Assembly (NCBI GenBank): GCA_964600295.1 | Contig: CAZRIY010000001.1 | Span: 91,282-155,281, forward strand | DNA from: an uncultured Candidatus Saccharibacteria bacterium | GTDB taxonomy: Bacteria; Patescibacteriota; Saccharimonadia; CAZHVB01 | Length of the DNA stretch: 64,000 nt | Direction of reading: 5' to 3' | Part shown: piece by piece, positions 54,983-64,000 of the stretch | How the letters are laid out: every line of letters starts with the position of its first letter | Numbering within the stretch: the first letter of the stretch is position 1 | Position numbers and translations under genes: made by a program | Notes under the pieces: model-generated | What the model was told of the DNA's origin: nothing | Databases searched by the model: none | The model's input: only the letters and a program-made list of their open reading frames with translations

Positions 54983-56008
54983 CTCCTTCTTGAGTTTTTC
55001 CACTAGCTCAACAGGGGTAGGATTAACCCCGTTAAGTATTCCCAGATAAATACTGGTAAAGTCCCCCAGCAAGATTGTCCACAGTAATTGTTCGATTTGG
55101 CTTTTACCTTCGGCCCTAACTTCAATTGGCTTGGGCATTTTACCCGAAAGTAAACGGTTGGATATTTCGAATCGCTTCTGGATTTGGGGGTGATCCAGAT
55201 TCGAGGTCAATTCAATTACCGCGTAGGGTTTTTGTACCGGGTGCGACGTCCAGCCCACAAACTCGTTGTGGTTAAACTCGGGCAAGACGTTATAAAAAGC
55301 CAGGTTTTTGGCGTTTTCATTGATATCGATCTTCCACTTATAAGCGGCCGATGCCAGGGTCGGTCCGGCGTAGACTACAGCGGTCTTTCCAGCCAGTTGC
55401 TCGGCTATTTGCTTGGCCAGATTTAAATCGGTTGGCGTAGTGGCCACGAAGCGATCGACTTGGCCATCCAAAAAAGACTGGGTATCGGCCAATTCCTTAG
55501 CAGCACCCTTAACCAGCCCCAACTTTTCAAACAAAGTTGTTAATATCTTGATTCCAAACCAAGCTGCCATTCTAGGTTGGTAATCGGCTGGTAGCCCCAG
55601 CACTGGATAGTTGTCGGCTTTAGCGGTTTCGGCTAGTTTGCCGCCCGAGGTAACTACAACTACCGAGGCACCCTTGGTTTTGGCATCTTCAAGAGTCGAT
55701 AGTGTCTCTTCGGTATTGCCAGAGTAGGAAGAGGCGATAACCAATGTTTTAGCGTTAACAAATGCCGGCAACCTATAATCCTGGGTTATGACAAAGGGAA
55801 TTTTTAGCTGGTTATCCCACCAGTTACGGCAAATCATAGCCGCCAAACCCGAACCGCCCATACCGGTTAGCACCACCCGCTCAACTTGGGGTGCTGCTGG
55901 TAGTTTCAGATCGAAAGCGGAGTATCCCAGCTGTTTAACCTGCCCGGCCGCAATCGCCAGCGCGTTCTGGGAGTCAAACCGAGCAATGTAATCCTGATCA
56001 TCCAACAT
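54971..56008 (-). CDS. Bifunctional phosphoglucose/phosphomannose isomerase (SIS domain)
   Basis: SIS motifs VVLTGMGGSG and ASSYSGNTEE are present; the product is 345 aa. Confidence 0.8.
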   Translation of the reverse strand: MLDDQDYIARFDSQNALAIAAGQVKQLGYSAFDLKLPAAPQVERVVLTGMGGSGLAAMICRNWWDNQLKIPFVITQDYRLPAFVNAKTLVIASSYSGNTEETLSTLEDAKTKGASVVVVTSGGKLAETAKADNYPVLGLPADYQPRMAAWFGIKILTTLFEKLGLVKGAAKELADTQSFLDGQVDRFVATTPTDLNLAKQIAEQLAGKTAVVYAGPTLASAAYKWKIDINENAKNLAFYNVLPEFNHNEFVGWTSHPVQKPYAVIELTSNLDHPQIQKRFEISNRLLSGKMPKPIEVRAEGKSQIEQLLWTILLGDFTSIYLGILNGVNPTPVELVEKLKKELGA

Positions 56009-56127
56009 ATTTAGAGTATCAAGTAGAAAATATTACCTGGCAAGGAAAACAAACCGGTTTGACTCAAAACATCTAGGCTGGTTCGGTTCTGATTCTGGGT
56101 TTAGCGTGAGAGTAAGGAGGACAAAAC

Positions 56128-56553
56128 ATGACTCAAATTGCTATTCAAAAACCAGAAGTAATCTCTGTTGCTATGGAGTTAAAAAATACCCTAAAGCAAG
56201 TTGCCAGCGGAAAAAAGCGACTAAGTGAAGTCAGGCAAATTATTCAGACTTTGCCTACTGGTACCAGGTTCTTGGCCCATCCCAAAGGTATGTGCCCAAT
56301 CAAAATAATGGGCTGGCAAAATAACACACCCGGTAGTAAAATCAGCCACCGCGCTACCGTAATTGATCCCCCTCATACCTTTAGCGGTGTAGGCTTTATC
56401 ATCGATGCCGAAGGCTGTGTGGCGTTATCCGCGGGCAGCGAACCCCATCGCCCCTGGGCTAGATTGCCGTTTCGCAAGGCAGACGGCGTAGCCACCTTTG
56501 AGCTAGCGGTAGTACCACCAAGTACTGGCAGCCACCTGGCCGAATTTGTCTAA
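56128..56553 (+). CDS. Hypothetical protein
   Basis: The ORF has a strong RBS (AGGAGG) 8 nt upstream but no recognisable motifs. Confidence 0.4.
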   Translation: MTQIAIQKPEVISVAMELKNTLKQVASGKKRLSEVRQIIQTLPTGTRFLAHPKGMCPIKIMGWQNNTPGSKISHRATVIDPPHTFSGVGFIIDAEGCVALSAGSEPHRPWARLPFRKADGVATFELAVVPPSTGSHLAEFV

Positions 56554-56620
56554 CTATCTCTCGTTCTCCCAAAATGGTTTTGCTTGCATAGCTCCCAAAT
56601 TTACGAGCAGAATAAAAACT

Positions 56621-57088
56621 ATGAGCGAGTCAGTTTCGCGGTGGGAACCGTTGTCGCGTGATGTCCAAGAAGTAATTTTTGATACTACCCGCGAAGTCAT
56701 TCAAGAAAAATTGGTAGCCGTAGGTCTTGACCGCAAGGTCGAACAAGCTTTGGCCGATCTGAATTCTGACTTCAGAAGATTGCCAGAGGATTTACTAATC
56801 GTCGCTAGAGATCCACTATACGCCAAGTCCAATGAAGATATGGATCCGTTCAACACCGTGACTGGTTATGAAAGACTAATTGGCTTCGAAAGAAGAGCAC
56901 CCGGAAGCAAGGAATGGAGCTTGCTGTGCGTGGCTGAGAGCGCCCATGGAATAGGTACAGTTCCAACCATGGCCGAGTATTTTACCGAAGATGAATTAGA
57001 ACTAATCTTGACATCTATCCAAGAAATAGCTGAACTCCGCAGACGTGGCGTACTCAGTTACCTGGAAAAAGATCTAAAACGGTTTTGA
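56621..57088 (+). CDS. Hypothetical protein
   Basis: The product is about 155 aa counted from MSESVSRWEP; the table ORF starts earlier, at 56546. It is cotranscribed with the ORF at 56128. Confidence 0.35.
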   Translation: MSESVSRWEPLSRDVQEVIFDTTREVIQEKLVAVGLDRKVEQALADLNSDFRRLPEDLLIVARDPLYAKSNEDMDPFNTVTGYERLIGFERRAPGSKEWSLLCVAESAHGIGTVPTMAEYFTEDELELILTSIQEIAELRRRGVLSYLEKDLKRF

Positions 57089-57100
57089 TAGTAGCCGCAG

Positions 57101-59031
<1,931 letters not shown>

Positions 59032-59129
59032 TACACCTCCTTGCCCGCCAAAATTACTTGTAATTTCGGAGGGCTTATTAACTTCTGCGTATACCGCCAA
59101 AAATTTTAATACAAATTTGGGCGGGTAAA

Positions 59130-59156
59130 CTGGCACTCTAACCTCTCAAGTGCTAA
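59130..59156 (-). promoter_or_regulatory. CIRCE-like HrcA operator upstream of groES
   Basis: The minus strand reads TTAGCACTT-GAGAGGTTA-GAGTGCCAG against the consensus TTAGCACTC-N9-GAGTGCTAA, with arm matches of 8/9 and 7/9. It lies ~100 nt upstream of the groES start. Confidence 0.55.
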
Positions 59157-59194
59157 TTTCTCTCTTCAAAATATAGATAGGCTGAAGAAAAGTG

Positions 59195-59563
59195 TCAACC
59201 CCGCTTTTGCAACTCTGATTTAACGGCACTGTAAATATACTGAGCCCAGTCGTCCTCGCCTTCATAACCTTGGGCTTGCCAGTTTTGTCCCCTAACGGAG
59301 ATGATTATTTGTTGAGCCTGGGTATCCAGTTTCTTTAAACTAACATCGTCGACGGCTGATTTATCTGGGAGGCTTAGAGTTAGGCGATAATTCGGCTGCC
59401 CACTAACTTCATCGATTCCATCCTCTTCGGATGTAATGGTACAGAAACTGAGCTCGAGTTCCTGGTTAGAGAGGTTAAATATGGTTCTGGCAGTGCTTCT
59501 TAACATGTGAGTTCCAAAGTAGTGGATAACCTCATTCCCGTTATCTTCGTTGCCTTCAACCAT
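59195..59563 (-). CDS. Hypothetical acidic protein
   Basis: The 122-aa product has no motifs. It lies between the HAD hydrolase and groES. Confidence 0.35.
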   Translation of the reverse strand: MVEGNEDNGNEVIHYFGTHMLRSTARTIFNLSNQELELSFCTITSEEDGIDEVSGQPNYRLTLSLPDKSAVDDVSLKKLDTQAQQIIISVRGQNWQAQGYEGEDDWAQYIYSAVKSELQKRG

Positions 59564-59575
59564 ATCTTAACCCTA

Positions 59576-60364
59576 CTAACCTTCCTCTAGGGCTAGGAGC
59601 TCCTTGATTATTTTTTCGGTATCTCCTGGACCCTTAACCGCAATGACATCAAAGCCAGCATCTTTTACCACCTTGTCGTTGCCGCCAGGAGCTAGGGCGT
59701 CACCCACATAAATGATTTCTCTTTGTTCAACCCCTAGGACCTCTTTGATTTTGGTAATTTCGTTAGCCTTGTCTAGACCCGCTTGGGTTACGTCGACTGA
59801 AGTCGTACCGGCTGTGTGTACCGCATAATTTGGAAGTAATCTGGCAACTTCGTCTCGCAACCGCTTCCGCTTGGAACCATCGGGATCCCAGGCTTTTTTG
59901 GCTTCGATTGGGGCAGACTGACCAAGTCCAGAGAAAGTTACCTGGCTTTGGCGGTCCTCAATGATTTCGCCCCAGACTTTGGTTTCCCACAAACCCAACT
60001 TTCTAGCGGTTTGTTCCAAAATTTGGGCGATTTTCTTACGCTGTTGGGATGGGATTTCGTCAGAATAAATCTCTTTCCAGGTATTGGTATCTAGATCGTA
60101 ACGCAGATACCGAGTGCCGTTGGTGGGCAAAATGTGCAGATTGGCCAGTTCTGCCTCCGACGCCCCCAGCCGATCGATTAGCTGTTCCTTAAAACTATCA
60201 AAGTCGGCGCCAGAAATTACGCCGACCACCCGCTGCCTTAGTAGTTGCCGCAACAACTTAGCCATGTTCGGAGTGATGGGTAACTTACTGTCGGCTAAGG
60301 TGCCGTCCAAATCAAAGACAATTACCTGTTTACTCTTTAAGACATCCAAATTCATTGGCCTCAT
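59576..60364 (-). CDS. HAD-IIB family hydrolase (Cof/sugar-phosphatase-like)
   Basis: Motif I is VIVFDLDGTL, with a cap domain and the C-terminal GDALAPGGNDKVV (motif IV). Confidence 0.7.
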   Translation of the reverse strand: MRPMNLDVLKSKQVIVFDLDGTLADSKLPITPNMAKLLRQLLRQRVVGVISGADFDSFKEQLIDRLGASEAELANLHILPTNGTRYLRYDLDTNTWKEIYSDEIPSQQRKKIAQILEQTARKLGLWETKVWGEIIEDRQSQVTFSGLGQSAPIEAKKAWDPDGSKRKRLRDEVARLLPNYAVHTAGTTSVDVTQAGLDKANEITKIKEVLGVEQREIIYVGDALAPGGNDKVVKDAGFDVIAVKGPGDTEKIIKELLALEEG

Positions 60365-60394
60365 TGTAACACCGCTATTGGAGGTACTTGGTAG

Positions 60395-60973
60395 CTATAC
60401 CGATTGGTGGGAAAGCCGAAAACCCTTAACCAAATCTCGCCATCGCTGGGGCGTCAGCGTGCTATGAGCTGGTGTAACATGAGAACGTTTTCCGCGTGGC
60501 CAAAAGCGCTTGGCCGGTTTAGTAGTTTCATCAAGAATTTGGTCCAGTTGTTCTTGGTAAGGTTCTATGCCCTCAGAAGTAACGCTGACCTTATCGCTCT
60601 CACCGTTTTCGTTAATATATTCCAGCCAAATCATGGGTAAATCTGCCCTTACCATATCCGTGGGTTCTTCAAACGCCGGGAAATAGATGTATATTTGATC
60701 TTTTCTTTCTTCAAATTCTGGGGGTTCGCCATCGCGAGTTAATAAGATAGCCAGCGAATCTTCCAGAGCAGTGGCCAGGGGGTCATGAGTTATGTAAACC
60801 TCATCGCCATCAGAGTCAACTTCTAGCCTGAAAGCTTGTTCCAATAGGTTCCGCGAACGATCACGAATACTCTGCAGAGCTGCCTGCTCCATATCATCTG
60901 GAGGCATACTGCCAGTGCTGCCCTCGGGTTCATCGGGATTTGAGTAGTGGTTGGCTGTTTCAGTCATTTTCAA
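60395..60973 (-). CDS. Hypothetical acidic protein
   Basis: The 192-aa product is Asp/Glu-rich with no motifs. Confidence 0.35.
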   Translation of the reverse strand: MKMTETANHYSNPDEPEGSTGSMPPDDMEQAALQSIRDRSRNLLEQAFRLEVDSDGDEVYITHDPLATALEDSLAILLTRDGEPPEFEERKDQIYIYFPAFEEPTDMVRADLPMIWLEYINENGESDKVSVTSEGIEPYQEQLDQILDETTKPAKRFWPRGKRSHVTPAHSTLTPQRWRDLVKGFRLSHQSV

Positions 60974-61107
60974 CCTAAATTATATACTAAATAGTTAAGC
61001 TTGGAAACTATATGGACATTTTGTCAAATTTTGTGCTTGACTATTTATCAATAGCGTTTTAGGCTTTTATGTAGCCTGTCCTCTATCTGGAAGGAGGTGA
61101 TTGCCCA

Positions 61108-61458
61108 GTGCAAATTAAGCACTTGGGTAAAGCATCAATCAGCTTGATCGATACCGATCAAGCTGTTGTTCGGGTCGAACTAGAACATGACCTGAACATC
61201 CGCGGGCGCGACTTCGCTCGAGAGATCGGTCGCCGGACACGACACATCGAGGATGTGTCACATGTTCACGGCCACCTGATCTTGGAGATCAAAGACGCCC
61301 GAGACGATATCTCGCTCCGCCGTGTAACCAAGAACTACCTGAAGGCGCTACAGAAGGCCTTCGAGAAGGTCACCACGGAACAGATTCACGGATTCACAGA
61401 CTTCCCCAGTACCGACGGTGCAATGGCGGCCTACGGCCGACCGGATCAGCGCTGGTAG
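61108..61458 (+). CDS. Hypothetical protein
   Basis: A GTG start has a GGAGGTG RBS 8 nt upstream; the product is 116 aa. An inverted repeat, CCGGGTGACG...CGTCACCCGG (61472-61519), lies downstream. Confidence 0.4.
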   Translation: MQIKHLGKASISLIDTDQAVVRVELEHDLNIRGRDFAREIGRRTRHIEDVSHVHGHLILEIKDARDDISLRRVTKNYLKALQKAFEKVTTEQIHGFTDFPSTDGAMAAYGRPDQRW

Positions 61459-61584
61459 CAGGATAGGCCAAACCGGGTGACGGGGCTATCAAGTTCCAAA
61501 CTTCCCTCGTCACCCGGTGCGGCCCCGCGACTGTGCGCCACGGCGTACAATCATAATTTGCAATATCGCAAGCGGGGTCCTTTT

Positions 61585-62889
61585 CTATTGTTTGGACTTT
61601 TTAGCGGCTGCTTCTAAAATGTCACGGGCTACTTGGCGGTCATCCCAATCTTGTTTGGTCTCGCCAACTACCCGGTGTTTCTGGTGTCCCATACCGAGCA
61701 CCGCTACGGTGTCCCCGGGTTCGGCCATTTGAAAGGCTCTGGCCATCGCATCGTGGCGATCGCCAACTTCTAGTACTTCGGCTTGCCCGCCGCTGCCACG
61801 AGCTCCACTCAAGATTTCCTGGCGGATAGAGGCGGGGTCCTCGCTGTAGGTATCTTCGTCGGTCACAATCACCACATCGCACAGCTTAGAAGCAATTGCA
61901 CCCATTAATGGCCGTTTAGTTTTATCGCGATCACCGGTGGCCCCAAAAACCGCAATCAGTCGGCCGTCGGTTAGGGGTTTGAGGGTTTCAAATAGGTTGC
62001 GCTGGGCATCGGGAGAATGGGCATAGTCAACAATCACACTGAAGTCCTGGCCAGCTTTAACTGCTTCCATTCGTCCCGGTACCGCCCGTAAATTCTCCAG
62101 GCCCTGTTTTACCAATTGCGGATTCAGGTCGAGGGCGTGGCCAACCCCGGCGGCTGCCAGGGCGTTATAAACATTGAATTTGCCGGTTAGATTCAGCTCA
62201 ACCGCCACTTCTTCGCCGCCGTGTCCGTACTGCAGCATAATCTTAGCGCCGTGCGGTTTGAGGTTGGCTTTGGTCAGCCGGATATCGGCATCGGGGTGGG
62301 CGCCATAGCTAAACTTGCTTTGGGGGGAACGCTGCACGAAGAAGTTAAACCAATCATCATCGTGGTTAAGTACGGCATTAAATTTGGCCAGTTTAAACAA
62401 ACGAGCCTTGGCCGCAGCGTATTCTTCCATGGTGTGGTGGTAATCCAGGTGATCCTGAGTGAGGTTGGTGATGACGGCAGTGTGAATTGGTATACCCCAT
62501 ATCCGATGCTGGATAAGGGCATGTGATGTAACTTCTAGTACTACCCAATCAACTTTGGCTTCTTGCATGCGCTTCAACAGTGATTGCAGTTCAAAAGGAT
62601 TAGTAACCGTCATGTTCAGCTCGTTATCCCAAGTCTCTCTGCCAATTTGAAAACGAGCGGTGGTGGACAAACCAACTTTGTAACCAGCGGCTTCTAAGAC
62701 TTTGGTGATAAAGTGAGCGGTAGTAGTTTTACCGTTGGTACCAGTAACCGCCACAACTTTTAGATGTTTGGCCGGACGGCCAAATTTATAGTTGGCATAA
62801 ATGGCTCTACCCAAATGATAGGTAGGTAAAAATAGCGTTACCAAGCTGTGTGGTAGCAGCCGCTTAAGTAGCTTTTTGGCTCCCTGCAT
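61585..62889 (-). CDS. Mur ligase family protein (MurE-like UDP-MurNAc-tripeptide synthetase, short N-domain)
   Basis: The product contains VTGTNGKTTT, DYAHSPDA and the C-terminal GATGDRDKTKR...GMGHQ. Confidence 0.6.
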   Translation of the reverse strand: MQGAKKLLKRLLPHSLVTLFLPTYHLGRAIYANYKFGRPAKHLKVVAVTGTNGKTTTAHFITKVLEAAGYKVGLSTTARFQIGRETWDNELNMTVTNPFELQSLLKRMQEAKVDWVVLEVTSHALIQHRIWGIPIHTAVITNLTQDHLDYHHTMEEYAAAKARLFKLAKFNAVLNHDDDWFNFFVQRSPQSKFSYGAHPDADIRLTKANLKPHGAKIMLQYGHGGEEVAVELNLTGKFNVYNALAAAGVGHALDLNPQLVKQGLENLRAVPGRMEAVKAGQDFSVIVDYAHSPDAQRNLFETLKPLTDGRLIAVFGATGDRDKTKRPLMGAIASKLCDVVIVTDEDTYSEDPASIRQEILSGARGSGGQAEVLEVGDRHDAMARAFQMAEPGDTVAVLGMGHQKHRVVGETKQDWDDRQVARDILEAAAKKSKQ

Positions 62890-62935
62890 GTTTTTTATCT
62901 TACCGCGCGCGTCACTTGGTTTCTAGCCTGCCTGC

Positions 62936-62959
62936 CGGCAGGCAGGCTGGTTGCTTAGT
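62936..62959. promoter_or_regulatory. 24-bp perfect palindrome AGCCTGCCTGCCGGCAGGCAGGCT in the murE-like/tsaD divergent intergenic region
   Basis: This perfect inverted repeat is the full-length form of the element seen in-frame at 2092, 33947 and 35517. Confidence 0.6.
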
Positions 62960-62983
62960 AATAGACGGGTTACTCTATATTTA

Positions 62984-64000
62984 ATGAAGATTTTGGGGAT
63001 TGAAACCAGTTGTGATGAAACCGCCGCCGCCGTAGTAGAAGATGGGCACAAGATTTTATCAAACGTGGTGGCTTCACAAATTGATTTGCATGCTAGCTTT
63101 GGCGGTGTTGTACCCGAAGTGGCCGCCCGTAGCCACATCGAAGTGATTTTACCGGTCATTAGCCAAGCATTGGATGAGGCCAAGCTGGACTGGCCACAAA
63201 TTGATGGCATTGCCGTTACTAATGGCCCGGGCTTACCTGGTGCTTTGCTAGTCGGCGTAATGACCGCGCGCGCGCTGGCCTTGGCCAAGCAAAAACCGCT
63301 ATACGGGCTGAACCATGTTGAAGCCCACGCCTACGCCAATTGGTTTTTACCAACACCTCCACGCTTTCCGATGCTAGCTTTGATCGTTTCTGGTGGCCAC
63401 AGCCAGCTGGTACTTTTCCGGGGTCATTTTGACTACCAGCTACTGGGACAGACGGTGGATGATGCAGTCGGTGAAGCTTTTGATAAAGTAGCCAAAATGC
63501 TGGGGCTGGGCTTTCCTGGTGGACCAGCTATTGCGGCCGCGGCTGAGCAAGGCGACTCGAGTAAATATGTCCTCCCCAAGGCTAAGCTAGCTAAGCCCTA
63601 CGACTTTAGCTTTTCCGGTCTAAAAACGGCGGTGTTGCGGCATCTGCAAAAGCTGGTAAATCAAGATTATTCATTTGCATCACATCAACTGGCACCGCTA
63701 TTAACGGCCAGCCAAATCAACGATACGGCGGCGTCATTTCAAAAAGTGGCCGTTGAAACTCTGGTAGCCAAAACTAGATCTGCTTTTGAGCAATTTCCGC
63801 CCAGTAGCGTGGTGGTTGCCGGCGGGGTAGCTGCCAACCTTGAACTGCGGCGACAGCTCCAAGCTGCTTTGCCAATTGATATCAAATTTCCAGATCCGAA
63901 GTTATGTACCGATAACGCGGCCATGATTGCCGCATTGGGATATTTTAAAGCCAGATCACGAATGAAATCAGATCCAATGACGCTCGAATCTGCTCCCAGC
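62984..64000 (+). CDS. tsaD: tRNA N6-adenosine threonylcarbamoyltransferase TsaD (Kae1 family), 3' end truncated by the window
   Basis: The N-terminus is MKILGIETSCDETAAAVVEDGHKILSNVVASQ...VAVTNGPGLPGALLVGV. Confidence 0.85.
   Translation, partial: MKILGIETSCDETAAAVVEDGHKILSNVVASQIDLHASFGGVVPEVAARSHIEVILPVISQALDEAKLDWPQIDGIAVTNGPGLPGALLVGVMTARALALAKQKPLYGLNHVEAHAYANWFLPTPPRFPMLALIVSGGHSQLVLFRGHFDYQLLGQTVDDAVGEAFDKVAKMLGLGFPGGPAIAAAAEQGDSSKYVLPKAKLAKPYDFSFSGLKTAVLRHLQKLVNQDYSFASHQLAPLLTASQINDTAASFQKVAVETLVAKTRSAFEQFPPSSVVVAGGVAANLELRRQLQAALPIDIKFPDPKLCTDNAAMIAALGYFKARSRMKSDPMTLESAPS

Noticed and set aside
62923-63288. ORF 62923-63288 (-), 121 aa
   Set aside because: It is antisense to the well-supported tsaD N-terminus and spans the intergenic palindrome.

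Overview
This 64 kb window is densely coding, about 50% GC, with most genes on the minus strand. Its content looks like a reduced-genome Gram-positive-type or CPR/Patescibacteria (Saccharibacteria-like) bacterium, a guess resting on the rpsF-ssb-rpsR and holA-rpsT gene orders and the Gram-positive-style type IV pilus (T4P) operon. (1) Positions 1-10.6 kb carry a complete T4P locus: pilM-pilN-pilO, a small ORF, pilB-pilT-pilC, a major pilin, a mazEF toxin-antitoxin pair, pilD, and two minor pilins. (2) Positions 10.9-17.6 kb are the most unusual region. It encodes three paralogous secreted Cys/His-rich proteins built from an internal threefold C-x(n)-C-[YF]-H-G repeat; one carries an HExxH motif and an N-terminal cupredoxin-like domain. 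They flank a 1018-aa surface protein that contains a near-perfect 18-bp x6 tandem repeat coding (YGTPY[AP])n. (3) Next come a NodU/CmcH-type carbamoyltransferase and a divergent SGNH hydrolase. (4) The remaining ~43 kb is housekeeping. It includes ychF, tlyA, efp, rpsR-ssb-rpsF, ftsK, RNase J, UDG, pnp, rpsO, truB, rpsT, holA, mutM, polA, two tandem sigma-70 genes and dnaG. It also holds msrB, two NUDIX genes, tRNA-Ser(GGA), an FtsEX-like ABC pair, PGI/PMI, groESL with a CIRCE operator, a HAD-IIB hydrolase, a MurE-like ligase and a partial tsaD. A vapBC pair, a SemiSWEET and several small hypothetical genes sit among them. Three non-coding signals stand out. A 22-bp palindromic element, GCCTGCCTRCCGGYAGGCAGGC, is found once intergenically and three times in frame inside genes, where it always encodes PTGRQA. 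Three palindromes centred on GCGATCGC flank ychF and a PaaX-like regulator. Heptamer tandem repeats lie upstream of pilB. No CRISPR array, rRNA gene or obvious transposase was seen.
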